From Octopus sinensis (taxonomy: Eukaryota): a stretch of 64,000 nucleotides of DNA. Where the stretch lies: NCBI RefSeq assembly GCF_006345805.1, contig NC_042999.1, positions 15,562,001-15,626,000 of the forward strand, written 5' to 3'. This document shows positions 1 to 13,724 of this stretch, piece by piece (position 1 is the stretch's first letter; each line of letters begins with the position of its first letter). Below the pieces are notes generated by a model that made no database searches, was not told the DNA's origin, and saw nothing but the letters and a program-made list of their open reading frames with translations. The translations under genes were made by a program, and so were the position numbers.

Positions 1-293
1 GGGATCAATAAATATTCTCATATCTTCCATCTCTCTCATTAATTACATACCCAGTGGACACTAAACCAGTGAACGTACTTTACCAGCACACTACCAGGTG
101 TATACTGCATCACACAATTTATTAATTACTAACTATATACAGACACACACACACATATATATGAGAGGTATTGGTATCTAGAAGATGTAAAGAGTGTTGG
201 GTAGTGCTAAGTGCTATGGACAGACTGTAGTTAAACTCTTGGTTCAAAGGCCATATGAGTGAGGAGTCTAATGTGGGTCTTGTATTAGTATGC

Positions 294-346
<53 letters not shown>

Positions 347-348
347 TA

Positions 349-760
349 TTAGAGAGAATGAGATAACAAAGCCAAGGCTGTGAGGAGTTTTCAGGACATT
401 TATAAGGAAATAGTCTTACAGCTGTTTCTAGGATATTATGGATATCCCTTCATCAGAGATGGTGTGAAAAGGTTAAATTGAGAAAATACTTGAGTTCGAA
501 TTATTATGGAAAAGGAAAAGATAGGGAATATAGAGGGAAATAAGAGAATGAAAGTAGAAATAAGATATATAAAGATATTGTAGTTGCAGTTCCATTATTC
601 TAGGGAAATGGTGTATAAAAGTGTTTAAAACGTTTCCTGTGCATGGTATGTAAGTTCCAAAAGCGGTTCATGTTTAGTCATTTCAAAGTGTGGAGCTGTG
701 GAATCTGTGTTGCTTGTTCAAAAGGGTTTTGTGGTGTGAATGAAAATTTGAGAATGTATT
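349..760 (-). mobile_element. Penelope-like element 3' end/pseudo-LTR relic
   Basis: Carries the hammerhead at 414-459 and ends in a (TA)n microsatellite. Upstream boundary uncertain. Confidence 0.55.
414..459 (-). ncRNA. Minimal type-I hammerhead ribozyme motif (Penelope-like), canonical core
   Basis: UCU CUGAUGA A GGGAUAU ccaua AUAUCCU A GAAA CAGCUG UA AGA. Palindromic stem III ACAGCUGU. Confidence 0.8.
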
Positions 761-1049
761 GGTAGTATTTGTGGAAGGATGGAGGGAGGAGAGATATGAA
801 TGATTGAAAGAGGAGATAGGTCAAATTGAGAACAGGAAGACAAAATGAGAGGAAGAAAGAGAGAAATAAGAAAAAAAGGGGAAAGAGTGAAAAAAAAGTG
901 AAGGAAGTGAGAAAAGTAGTGTTAGTTTGCAGTCAAGGTAATGTGATGGGAGGATAGGAGAGGAGTAGGGGAAGGATAGGAAAAGATAGAAGGTAAGGAG
1001 TAAAAGTATGTGAGATATGTGAGTAAGGGTGATATGACAGAGCTGTGTA

Positions 1050-1099
<50 letters not shown>

Positions 1100-1100
<1 letters not shown>

Positions 1101-1310
1101 CATCATCATCATTTAGCGTCCGTTTTCCATGCTAGCATGGGTTGGACGGTTCAACTGGGGTCTGGCAAGCCCGAAGGCTGCACCAGGCCAGTCAGATCTG
1201 GCAGTGTTTCTACAGCTGGATGCCCTTCCTAACGCCAACCACTCCGAGAGTGTAGTGGGTGATTTTATGTGCCACCGACACAGGTGCCAGACGAGGCTGG
1301 CAGACGGCCA
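1100..1310 (-). mobile_element. SINE family B ((gat)n tail, RTE-partner type), 5'-truncated
   Basis: ggcgttaggaagggcatccagctgtagaaac core and catgctagcatggaaaacggacg...(gat)n tail. Nearly identical to 15134-15350. Confidence 0.8.
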
Positions 1311-1592
1311 TATATATATATATATGCATGCATACATATGTACATACATACATGTGTCATTGTCATCCCCATTCCTCATCATTTAACATTTGCTTTCCAT
1401 ACTGGCATGGGCTTGGTGATTCAACAGGATCTCAGAAGCCATAAGATTACATTGGGCTTGTGTGTTTGTGTTTGTTCCCCCACTCAACACACAACAGCTG
1501 GTTTTTGTTCATCTATATCCCCAGAACTTAGCAGCTCACCAAAAGAGGCTGATAGAATATGTACCAAACTTAAAATAAATAAATATATAGAC

Positions 1593-1873
1593 ACTAATAA
1601 AAGGGTTCAGCAAGGATTTGCTTCACCACACACCGAAGTTTAGAAATAGCAGCCAAAAATCTTAGCTATTTCTTCTACTTTAAAAAGGGTCTCCCAGAGA
1701 AGCCAAAATACTTGACGGTTATTTACAAAGGCAGAGAGTAAGAATAACCTTCAAGTATTTTGGCTTCTCTGGGAGACCCTTTTTAAAGTAGAAGAAATAG
1801 CTAAGATTTTTGGCTGCTATTTCTAAACTTCGGTGTGTGGTGAAGCAAATCTTTGCTGAACCTTTTTATTAGT
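1593..1873. repeat. Near-perfect long inverted repeat (about 130-bp arms, short spacer), foldback/MITE-like
   Basis: actaataaaagggttcagcaagg...aatacttga and tcaagtatt...gctgaacctttttattagt are reverse complements with very few mismatches. Confidence 0.9.
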
Positions 1874-3731
1874 ATTACTTAAGTTTGCCGTGAAATGGTC
1901 CTTTTTTCATACCGAATTCTACTTGGTGAAATTATTGATTACTTCTTAATTGATTAATTTTACCCTTTGTTATTATTGATAATAAATATATAGACAGATA
2001 GATGTGTTTGTGTTTGTGTGTGTGCATATAGGCTTCTACACAGCTTCTGTTCGGTCCAGGGTTATAGCAGAAGACATTTGCCCAAGGTGCTGTGCATTGG
2101 AACCAAACCTGAAACCACAAGATTGCAAAGCAAACTTCTTAACCACTCAGCCACACCTTAGTGTACTATTTACATTTTGGCTTACTCATTCAATCTCTGG
2201 TATTCTGTTCTTACTGTAATCATCGAACAGGGTATGGCATAATTTCAATTCAATGCCTGAAAGGGTAGAATGTATTTTTTTTTGTCCCAGTATTGTTTGT
2301 TAGGAAGTATTGTTATTTCTTCCTCGCCACTCACTGAAGGTTTTTGCCTGAAACAGAACTGAAACAGCTTCATTAAAATCAACTTTTGATCCATTTAAAT
2401 GAATGATATTCCTTGTTAAATAAATATGGTAGGAGTGGTTTAGCTCCAAGCATACAAGACTGAGCAATCCAATGATCAGAGTGTTCCACCCATGACCATC
2501 TCGTCATTTTTTTTTTGTATATAAAGAATGACGCAATATAACATATTCTTTATTATCTAAGATGGCAGGGGATGATTTATAAGAGATTTGATTGCATTTA
2601 TGGAAATCTGATGGTTATGTTTAATTTATGTATAGTTGTCATGGTGGTGGCAGATGTTTGATTCAAGATTAACATTTAACCATAATATAGCTATTAATTA
2701 CTAATGCTTATTTAATTAATTTCAACTTCACAGACCCCCCCCCCCCATAAACTATTTTAGTTTTCTTTTTAATTTAACTCAACATTGTCTAAGCAAAAGA
2801 CCAGTTTTGTTACTGTTTTATTTTATCAAGTGTATCAGAGATTCCAGTAGTATTTAAAATCAACATAGAAGAAACCAAAGTGTGGACCTTATAATCTGTC
2901 TCTCTACTAAGAACACTAACATTGATGTTCTCAAACAACAACAATTGCCAGGAAAACTGAAGATTAATGAACACATCTATAAAATGGAGAATTAAAAAGA
3001 GAAGCACAAAGCTTTATGATGTCTTTTTATGAAAAGAAAACCACGGCTAATACTGAAAACCTAATAATGCTAAAGTAAAAATTGACAAGAATGTAAGAAG
3101 CAAGAGAGAGAGCTGTAGTGTGGTAAAGAAAATTCATGCACCGATCATATTAACTTGGGAATGTAGCGAGATAACAGAAAATATGGTAGCGAAAGAATAA
3201 AGGGAAAAATAAATAGGAAGCTTAATAGGAAATACGGGGTCAAAGTTGATGCAAAGTTATAACCTATACAATCAGGAATCTGTTATTGAAAATAATACTT
3301 GTAGCAAGTCTTTAAGAATTCTGCAGCACAAATTGACCATATTACAGAATCATAGAGACCAGGTAATATTCAAATAGACAAGAAAAATGATGAGCTTAAT
3401 ATCAGCATAGACTTCATTACAACATATTGTAGCGGAGAGGAGATGAAAGAATACAAAATCTGAAAATCATCTTGATTTGGACCAGAAAACCATAACTCTG
3501 TTGCCATAGAAACACTGCTCAAGATACAGGAATAAAGATGCAAGTAGCAGAGTTGCAGAATACTGCGATGCCATTCCTTACTCTGAATGAGGCAATCATA
3601 TATTCCTTAGGTCACCAAGTCTCAAGAAGTGAATATATTTTTTAAGAACAATATAGAATTTCATTCATATTGCAAATGTAATGACAATGATGATGATAAC
3701 AATAATCCTAGTAGAAATACTTTTTATGATA

Positions 3732-4241
3732 TCTATATATATAAAACTCTAGTTGTGTGAGTGTCTGTCCCCTTCGATTTAGATTCCTAACTCCTCCCAC
3801 ATTTTGCGGTGCAGTTTAACCAAATTCGGGTATCTTATAGTCGTGATTCATATCGAGCCCGTCTGACTATTAGCGTGCATCAACGATGAGTCTACGATTT
3901 TAAAAATAATTTAACATCATTTTTTATTCCATTTTAATGCATAATTTTTCGTGTGTCGATGGAGGCGGAGTTGGCGTCCATGGTCACACCTGCACCTGTT
4001 TGCTTCTCCCCCTTCCCTCCCTCATGAAGCTGTGGGGAAGGGAGTGTAAGGAAATTAACGTCGTAAAGCGTTGTCAAGGAGATCAGCGTTCTTTTAGAAC
4101 AACGACTTCATGGCTTGAAGACACCAAAACAGAAATGGCTAAGAAAGCCCGAATTGGCATCTATAAGGGAAGTAACTCTCTAAAAATGCTTATATAGTTA
4201 TTTCCCTTACAAACCCGAGCAACGCCGGGCGATACTGCTAG
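3732..4241 (+). mobile_element. Non-autonomous Helitron
   Basis: a|TC...CTAG|t insertion with subterminal hairpin cccgagcaacgccggg. Near-identical copy at 37120-37628. Confidence 0.85.
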
Positions 4242-4320
4242 TATATAATAAAAATGTCTTAAAGCAACAACTCAGCTCACTCATGTCTTACTTCTCAGAC
4301 ATCACCTGCAATTGTTTAGT

Positions 4321-4546
4321 TACTCTTTTACTTGTTTCAGTAATTTGACTATGGCCATGCTGGAGCACCACCTTTAGTCGAGCAAATCGACTCCAGGACT
4401 TATTCTTTGTAAGCCTAGTACTTATTCTATCGGTCTCTTACGCTGAACCACTAAGTCAAGGGGATGTAAACACACCAGCATCGGTTGTCAAGCGATGCTG
4501 GGGGGGGGGGACAAACGCAGACACACAAATATATACATACACATAC

Positions 4547-4578
<32 letters not shown>

Positions 4579-4728
4579 GCTTCTTTTAGTTTCCGTCTAC
4601 CAAATCCACTCACAAGGCTTTGGTCAGCCCAAGGCTATAGTAGAAGACACATGCCCAAGGTACCCTGCAGTGGGAGTGAACCATGTGGTTGGTAAGAAAG
4701 CTACTTACCACACAGCCACTCCTACGCC
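4321..4728 (-). mobile_element. tRNA-derived SINE family A (about 400 bp, internal TA/TG microsatellite)
   Basis: A-box tggctgtgtggtaag head, ccttgggca motif and 3' tail cagcatggcc.cagtcaaat.actgaaacaagtaaaagag. Many copies in the window. Confidence 0.85.
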
Positions 4729-6520
4729 TAGTTACCTCAGTATTCACTACAACATATAACATGCAATAATTTAAAAGAGAATGCAAGGGTCAAAATATTT
4801 AATTTCATTATCTTTGCATCAAAAGGTAACTGGGTTTTTTTGACTCAGAAAAACGAATAAGGTGAGTAAAAACCTGGAGTGACTATTTTCTTATTACAGT
4901 AATGTGGGAATATATGAAAGAGGAGGGAGTTTAAGAGTTTTCACTGATTTTCATAAGTTAGTCAGCATTGGAAGGGATCCATGATCTACACAGGACCTCC
5001 CAGTTTAGCAAGATTGAAGCGGCTGTAGATTAATATGTATAGAAAACATAAAGTTAAGAAGAGAACCTGGGACATGGTTTGAATGACTACAACAAAGCGA
5101 ATCTCATTAAGGGTAAAAAAGGATGAGATAATGGTGCTAAACCAGTCCCTGGGTTAGGTCAACTACTCAGAGATGGTGAGGTAGTGAGAGAGTGTGGGGG
5201 TTCAACAAGTTAGAATAATGATAGGCAATAGCTGCATAGTTCAAAGGAACAGGGCATGTGGTAACCAAAAATGATATAAAGAAGGTTAGTACAATATTGG
5301 ATCGCATGATTATCCTAGTTTAAGTTCATTTTCCATGCTGGCATGGGTTGGACAGTTTGACAGGAGCTGGCAAGACAGAGGGCTGTCCTGTGTTCCACTG
5401 TCTGCTTTGCAAAGCTTCTATGATTGGATGCCCTTTCAAACACCAACCACGTTACAGAAGATACTGGGTGTTTCTTTACATGACATCAACATCAATGAGA
5501 TCACCAAGTAACTCTTAAGGCAAGATCTCACCAAATGAAGGATAGAGCAAAACTAAAATTTCTCAACATTGAACATTTTTGTCGATTATGTATAATTTCT
5601 CTGAAATGACGCACCTACACAGAATGGTACAACTACACACAACACAGTTATATAAACAAGTATCCACAGATGGAAGCTTTGAAAGATGTAACCAAGTCAA
5701 TAGTTGTTCAAAATAATAAAACAGAGAATTCTTTGATGAGACTAATAGGTTTATAATAAAGATTAATGATGATAGTAAATCTTGGGCTAAATCATTTAAA
5801 TCATAATTTGTTCATGAGAAAAAAGTGTACATGTGTACTTGTGCTTGTGTATACGAATTTCTGTATTTGTTTTATCATCAACAACCACCAGATTCTCAAA
5901 TTTCAGTTGGAGGGTATGGTAGAAGTCTTCTTTGACAAAAGAATTATATTAACTCTGAGATTCACGTTGGGGAATAGAATTCGGCCAGGTGATTTGCATG
6001 TCAAACATTGGCAGTAATTTAGCTAATATTAAGTGGAGATGATTTTCCCAGGCAAGAGATGAACCAATCATGATTTAAAACTTCAAAATAATTTACAGGC
6101 AAACATGCACATGTACCCACAATTTCATGCATTAATTAAGAATTAAGAAATGAGTTTTATCTCTGATTAAAAATGCAATTTTTAAGATATGTGAAAACAA
6201 ATGAAAATTTCAAATAAATGTTTATGCGCTCACAGACACACACAGACACTCACACACACACATGAGAAGGACTCATCTGTTTTAAGGTAAATATTAAATC
6301 TCAGTCATATGATTGCATAATAAGTTTTAAATATTCATAATTACACACTAATTTAATCAGCATAATTTAGTTATTATTCCACTAGGTTTTAAATTTGATA
6401 AGAGCATATCTTTTGTAAATAAATAATGAAAGTTAATTTGAATTTCTTTGAAAAATGTTAAAGCCATTGAACTTTGAAAAATTAAATCAGTTTTATATTA
6501 TTTAAAATGATATTTATGAC

Positions 6521-6550
6521 ATATACATGTGTGTGTATGTATGTGCATAC

Positions 6551-6587
<37 letters not shown>

Positions 6588-6871
6588 CATACATGTATAT
6601 ATACAGATACATATATATACATATACATGCATGTATATATACATACATGTATATATACATATACATACACATCCATGTATAAACATATACATGTATATAT
6701 ACATATACATACATGTATATACATATACATGTATATATACATATACATACATGTATAGACATATACATGTATATATACATATGCATGTATATATACATAT
6801 ACATGTATATATACATATACATATATATACACATACATATACATACATGTATATATACATACATGTATATA
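6521..6871. repeat. Compound (TA/CA/TACA/CATG) microsatellite
   Basis: Degenerate acatatacatacatgtatatat units. Confidence 0.9.
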
Positions 6872-7297
6872 TACTCTTTACTCTTTTACTTGTTTCAGTC
6901 ATTTGACTGCGGCCATGCTGGAGCACCACCTTTTGAATTGAGCAACTTGACCCCGGGACTTATTCTTCTGTAAGCCCAGTACACATACACATACACATTC
7001 TATGTACTTATTCTATTGGTCTCTTTTGCCGAACCGCTAAGTAACGGGGACATAAACACACCAGCATTGGTTGTCAAGCAATGCTAGGGGGACAAACACA
7101 GACACATAAACACACACACGCACATATATATATACGACGGGCTTCTTTCAGTTTCCGTCTACCAAATCCACTCACAAAGCTTTGGCCGGCCCGAGGCTAT
7201 AGTAGAAGACACTTACCCAAGGTGCCATGCAGTGGGACTGAACCCGGAACCATGTGGTTGGTAAACAAGCTACTTACCACACAGCCACTCCTGCGCC
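6872..7297 (-). mobile_element. SINE family A
   Basis: Full-length match to the other copies, with B-box ggttcagtccc. Confidence 0.85.
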
Positions 7298-7964
7298 TAT
7301 ATGTTTTTATATAGTTTTATATTGTCTTAAAGTTTCAGAGCAAAAATTGTGGCAATGGGGAGAGTCTGAATGGTGTTCAGCTTACTGCCTCACATTTCTT
7401 AGTTCAATTCTGAATGCAGTCGAATTTACCTTATAACCTTTTAGGAATCAATGAAACAGATATCTGTAACTTAGTGTAGGTAAGTGAACTGATTATATCA
7501 CCTCCACTTTATTCAAAAGCGTGTTCTGCCTAAGAAAAGAATCATTATTTCAATGTCTGTACATATCACACAATGAGATGTCATTTATAAAGGTATCCCT
7601 GATTGTCTAACAGTTAGATGTTCGTTGATGCTGAAGCAAATATTTGAATGCTGAATATTGTGTGTGCAGTAGAAATAGAAACCAAGTAAGTTTTTCATTC
7701 AACTAGTTTAGAGGTGCTGGAAGCAATTAGAACAAAGATCCAGTTCTCCCCAAAAATCGATATAATTTACAATTAATCAATTTCTAAAACAAAAATATCA
7801 GAAAAAAAAAACAAAAAAAAAACAACGCGAATCCTTTCTTACATAATGATATGTTATATAATACATTTGTAATAGTTCTTGGATGTACGTCCTCTTTGTC
7901 ACTGAATATTTACATTTGAATTAAACATTCCAAAAACCAAAGCATGTAACTATTGAATAATTTT

Positions 7965-8093
7965 CTCTCTCTCTCTCTCTATATATATATATGAGTATGA
8001 ATGTGTATTTGTGTATGTGTATGCATATACACATACACATATACAAAAATGCATATATATGTATGTATGTATATATATATATGCTTGTATGAA

Positions 8094-8126
<33 letters not shown>

Positions 8127-8317
8127 GCACGAATGTGCACGTATTTGTGTGTGTGTATGCATACACACATACACATGTACAAACATGCATATATACATGT
8201 TTGTATGAATGTGTATGTGTGTGTGTGTATATATATATATATACACACATACACATTCATACAAACATATATATACATACATACATACATATATATATGC
8301 ACGTTTGTACATGTGTA

Positions 8318-8359
<42 letters not shown>

Positions 8360-8400
8360 TATATCACATGCACACACCACACATACACACTTACACACAG
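7965..8400. repeat. Compound, partly self-complementary dinucleotide microsatellite
   Basis: (CT)n, (TA)n, (TG)n and (CA)n blocks. Confidence 0.9.
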
Positions 8401-9099
8401 AAAGTGAGAGTGAATGGAGACAGCAAGGAAGAGAAAGACAAAGTGGAAGAGAAGAGATGGAGAGAGAGAGAGAGATGGAGAGACAGAACCAGAGAGTGTG
8501 TGCAAGTAAATAGGTGAAAGAATAACAGAAATTGTCAAAATCCTGACATCAAAAAGGAAAGTATTATTGTTTATTACAGATATTAAATATTGACAAATAT
8601 CTGAGTATTCAAACAAAACAAAAACTATGAAATAACAGATAAGTCAATCAATGCAGTAACTAACGTCATTGTAATAATATTAAAACCGACAATGCTAAAT
8701 AATTTCGGTTTCTGCCACGATCTTCATGATAGTTGGTGTGGTGATCATGATAGAGAGCAACTTAGCAACTGGAGACACTGTTTTGTTATCTGTAATAAGA
8801 CAGCTGTTTAGTGTTAGGTGCCAATGAGTTTAATGTTAGATGGTTTGTTGCACGTCAGCTTTATACGGAAGCACAGCTCTGATCTAAAAGTGAAAGTGGC
8901 TAGAAACGACTGTGGAATAAGAGAGTGAGGTCTTGTGGTGGGGCCTCAGAGACTGGAGGAAGGAAAGCAGCAACGTGTTTTGCCATTGTATATGTAATCT
9001 TGCAAACACACCACTGGCTGTGTGTACACACACACACACACACATACATACATACATGCACACACACATACATGCACACACATATGTATATATCTAATT

Positions 9100-9509
9100 C
9101 TTTATTGCCAAGAAGGGGCTAAACATTGTGGGGATACACAAGGACAGACAAAGGGACTAAGTCGATTACATCGATCCCAGTGCATAACTGGTACTTATTT
9201 AATCGACCCCGAAAGGATGAAAGCAAAGTTGACCTTGGCGAAATTTGAACTCAGACCTTAGCAGCAGACGAAATACCTATTTCTTTACTACCCACAAGGG
9301 GCTAAATACAAAGGGGACAAACAAGGACAGACAAACGAATTAAGTCGATTACATTGACCCCAGTGCGTAACTGGTACTTATTTAATCGACCCCGAAAGGA
9401 TGAAAAGCAGAGTTGACCTTGGCGGAATTTGAACTCAGAACGTAGCGGCAGACGAAATACTGCTAAGCATTTCACCTGGTGTGCTAACAATTCTGCCAGC
9501 TCACAGCCT
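9100..9509 (-). mobile_element. tRNA-derived SINE family C (tandem, duplicated 3' part)
   Basis: gagttcaaattcc B-box and central ctttcatcctttcggggtcgat...aagtaccag domain. Confidence 0.8.
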
Positions 9510-9534
9510 TCCTACATATATATACATATATATA

Positions 9535-9905
9535 TCATCATTATCATTGTTTAATGCCTGCTTTCCATACTGGCATGGGTTGGACGGTTTGACTGAGGAC
9601 TGGCAAGCCAGGAGGCTGCATCAAGCTCCAATTTGATCTGGCAAGGTTTCTACAGCTGGATGCTCTTCCTAACACCAACCACTCTGAGAGTATGGTGGGT
9701 GCGTTTTGCATGCCACCGGCATGGGAGCCAGTCAGGAGGCACTGGCATTAATTATGCTCAAACAGTGCTTTTTACATGTCACCAGCCTCGGAGCCAGTCA
9801 GACGGTACTGGCATTGGTCACACTCAAATGGTGCTTTTTACCAGTTAGGTGGCACTGGAATTGGCTACGACTATGATTACACTTGGCTCAACAGGTCTTC
9901 TCAAG
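9535..9905 (-). mobile_element. SINE family B
   Basis: Same core and tail. Confidence 0.75.
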
Positions 9906-9929
9906 TACAGTGGAACATATATGCATATA

Positions 9930-10317
9930 TACTCTTTACTTGTTTCAGTCATTTGACTGCGGCCATGCTGGAGCACCACCTTTAGTCGAGCAAATTGACC
10001 CCAGGACTTATTCTTTGTAAGCCTAGTACTTATTCTATCGGTCTCTTTTGCTAAACTGCTAAGTTACGGGCACGTAAACACACCAGCATCCGTTGTCAAG
10101 CAATGTTGGGGGGACAAACATAGGCACACAAACATATACATACATACATATATACGATGAGCTTCTTTCAGTTTCCGTCTAAAAAATCCACTCACAAGGC
10201 TTTGGTCGGCCTGAGGCTATAGTAGAAGACACTTGCCCAAGGTGCCACACAGTGGGACTGAACCTGGAACCATGTGGTTGGTAAGCAACCTACTTACCAC
10301 ACAGCCACTCCTATGCC
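9930..10317 (-). mobile_element. SINE family A
   Basis: Full-length match to the other copies. Confidence 0.85.
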
Positions 10318-10694
10318 TACACACACACACACATATATACATACACACATATATGCTTATATACATGTATATATATTCATCTCATGGTTGTAATGGTCAT
10401 GAGTTTGATTCCTGGCAGTATATTGTATCCTTTAGTAAGACATTTTATTTCTCATTGCTGCAGTCCACTCAGCCAGCAAAAGTGAGTGGTGCCTGTAATT
10501 CAAAGGGCCAGTCTTGTCACACTCTGTCATGTTGAATCTCCCATGAGAACTATAAGAACATGTATCTGTGGAGTGTTCAGCCACTTGCATTCTAATTTCA
10601 CGATCTGAGTGTTCTTTTGATAAGATCAACTGCAGCACTGACTGTTCTAAGAACTTTGTAATAAATAAGTAACTAAATAAAAAGTATAAAATAT

Positions 10695-11087
10695 GTAGCT
10701 GTGTGGTAAGTAGCTTGCTTACCAGCCACATGGTTCTGGGTTCATCCCACTGCATTGCACCTTGAGCAAGTGTCTTCTACTATAGCCTCGGGCCAACCAA
10801 AGCCTTGTGGGTGGATTTGGTAGACAGAAACTGAAAGAAGACCGTCGTATATATGTATATATATACATGTACGTGTGTGTGTATATGTTTCTGTGTTTTC
10901 CCCCACCACATCGCCTGACAACCGATGCTGGTGTGTTTACGTTCCCGTAACTGAGTGGTTTGGCAAAAGAGACAGATAGAATAAGTACTAGGCTTCCAAA
11001 GAATAAGTCCTGGGGTTGATTTGCTCGACTAAAGGTGCTGTTCCAGCATGGCCACAGTCAAATGACTGAAACAAGAGTAAAAGAGTA
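10695..11087 (+). mobile_element. SINE family A
   Basis: Near full-length, inverted relative to 9930-10317. Confidence 0.85.
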
Positions 11088-12651
11088 TTCTATGAATCTT
11101 TTTCCTTATAATTTCTTAATTTCAAACTCACATCTTTAATCTCATTAAATATTTTGAAGAAATGACTATTTCCCTTGCAGTAACTATCTGCCAGAGGTCA
11201 CCACACACACACACACACACGTGCATGTGTGCAATATATATGTATGTATCTTTGAAAGTATGTGTGAATTAGTAGGTTGTTTATATGCGAGTTCACACGC
11301 ATAGTTATACAATAACTTCTTCCTTTCCATTCATTAGTCTCAGAAGTCCAGCATGAGATACTAAATTCAATTAAAGGACCTAAAATGACTACTTGCAACA
11401 TACCACACTATGTTAAAGAAGAGTCTGAACATCGATAAGAGAATATCTCTTAATAATACAATTCCCTAGAACATGAAGGCAGTGAAATCTTTCTACAATA
11501 GAACCCACTTGTAATTAGACAGGTTAAAGTGCCTTGCCAGTTGATAGAACACAGCACAGATGATGGATTATCAAGTATCAATTCTTCAATTGGTAATCCA
11601 AAACTCTATGAACAATGATGCTGTACAGAAGTAATCTCTGACTAAAATTAAGTAGCTGACAGTTGTAATTGACCAATTAAAATCCTTTAAAATCATTTCA
11701 TATGCAATAGAAGAAAGGAGAGGAGGCAGGCTTCAAAGCTAGGTCCAACTGGAGAGAAGAGAATGAAAAATACTATTTGTTTTTTTTTTTTCTCCCCCAT
11801 CAAAGAATGTGAGATTCCCCCTCCGACTGGAAAAATAGACTGTAAGTCTATGCAATATGCAAATAATTTAGCTGTTATGCAACTAGCAAAACAAGCAATA
11901 ACCAGATCCTTGGAAATGATTTGAGGGTAGCAGCAAAACAAAAGTAGTGATGCTAGGAAAGATCAAACAGTATCAAAACGGCGTAAAAGCTGCGGAATAA
12001 AAAGAAAAAAAGAAACAAGGAATTATGAATCATTCCAATAGAAAAGTGAAGCAAACATCAAAGACAATGCTGCCAGATAAATATTTCAAAAAGATACCTC
12101 TAATAGCTATTTCATGAGTTAATTGAATCATAGTACTGTAGGTTGAATTTTAAGGAAAGAAGCACAAATGAGCTGTAGAAAAAGCAGGTTTAGAAGTTGT
12201 AGTTGTTATTTAGCATCAGCTCAAATTCATTCCAGCCATGACCATCTTCGCTTTTCCATGCATAGTATTTCCTGTATGACATCATCATCATCATCAAATG
12301 TCTTTTCCTTTGTAAAGATTTGGTGTAATTTGACACAGTTTATTCTCGCTTCAAAATAGCCTTCCCAATAGACGAGTTCCCACAAAAGTCAGCATTTTCA
12401 CTGTCAACTTGGCTACCAAAATTTCAGCGGTGGTGCCCCAGCATGGCCGCGGCCTCTGGGCTAATACATTTTAAAGGATTTTATAAAGGATTTAACTGGT
12501 TACTATTTTTAGCTGATTAAGCAAATATATTGAAGTTTGAGTGTTGGCTTCTAAAGAAGCAGTTGGTAAATTGCAGAGAAGACGATAGTAGATTGGTCAG
12601 CCAAGTTTGTAGAGAATGAATTGGAAACATGAATATTTAGTTCATAGTTGT

Positions 12652-12799
12652 ATGTGTGGTAAGTAGCTTGCTAACCAACCTCAAGGTTCCGGGTTCAGTC
12701 CCACTGCGTGGCATCTTGGGCAAGTGTCTTCTGCTATAGCCCCATGCCGACCAATGCCTTGTGAGTGGATTTGGTAGACGGAAACTGAAAGAAGCCTGT

Positions 12800-12836
<37 letters not shown>

Positions 12837-13039
12837 TTGTGTGTCTGTGTTTGTCCCCCTAGCATTGCTTGACAACCGATGCTGGTGTGTTTATGTCCCT
12901 GTCACTTAGCGGTTCAGCAAAAAGTGACCGATAGAATAAGTACTGGGCTTACAAAGAATAAGTCCCGGGGTCGATTTGCTCGACTAAAGGCGGTGCACCA
13001 GCATGGCCGCAGTCAAATGACTGAAACAAGTAAAAGAGA
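12652..13039 (+). mobile_element. SINE family A
   Basis: Near full-length match. Confidence 0.85.
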
Positions 13040-13724
13040 TGCAATCTATAAAAAGTCTTGTACTATGATTGTAACTTGTAACTTAAAAAGTCCAAGCCAT
13101 GAATTAAAAATAGTAAAGAAAATATGAGGTACGTACATATTGATGTACAATAATATGAAGTTGGGTCTAATGTGTTTTAGTAAGGCCAATAATAGAAGAA
13201 TGGAAAAAGAATTATTGGAGGCTATACACACTCACAGACATGCACGCACACACACACACATACACTCTCTCACATGGATGTACAAAAAAGATAAAGCGTA
13301 TTCAGTATAACTAATAGTGTATGCATTCATTTGAAGCTGTTTTTTTCTTTTCATTTCATTGTTACTCCCAAGTTTCTTGCATTTGCGTGTTCAATCAAGT
13401 AACAAGAAGATGTACCCATTGATCTAATTTGATTTCATCAAATTGATTTTCTTCTACTCTGAATGAATGATTACTTTAAAGATATGAAACTTTTACAAAA
13501 GAAAAAAAAAATGAAGAAATGCTATAGACTGAACCATAACCAACACATTAAATATTTGCTCTACCCAGGCACTGAATTAACTGATTCTGCAGTTTTACTG
13601 TATATATATATAGACTCACATACTAACTACATAACACATACACATAGATATATAATGTATATGGCTATACATATGTTATATTCATATAATATATTGTAAT
13701 ACTAACTTCATGTAATACTATCTT

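Noticed and set aside
1113-1444. Recurrent ORFs with FLQLDALPNANHS (also near 15175, 19114, 33824 and 55325)
   Set aside because: Chance frames through SINE family B copies, not a protein family.
2215-2256. Possible 42-nt minus-strand exon (ctttcag|...|gtaaga, IELKLCHTLFDDY)
   Set aside because: Good splice signals and compatible phase, but the peptide does not resemble the expected VFT continuation and such signals arise by chance.
3937-4197. 86-aa ORF repeated at 37321-37584
   Set aside because: Lies inside two near-identical Helitron copies, so its conservation reflects recent transposition. No recognisable domain.
6482-8616. Many overlapping Y/I/H/M/C/V-rich ORFs (also near 29451-29933)
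   Set aside because: Translations of dinucleotide and tetranucleotide microsatellites that lack stop codons.
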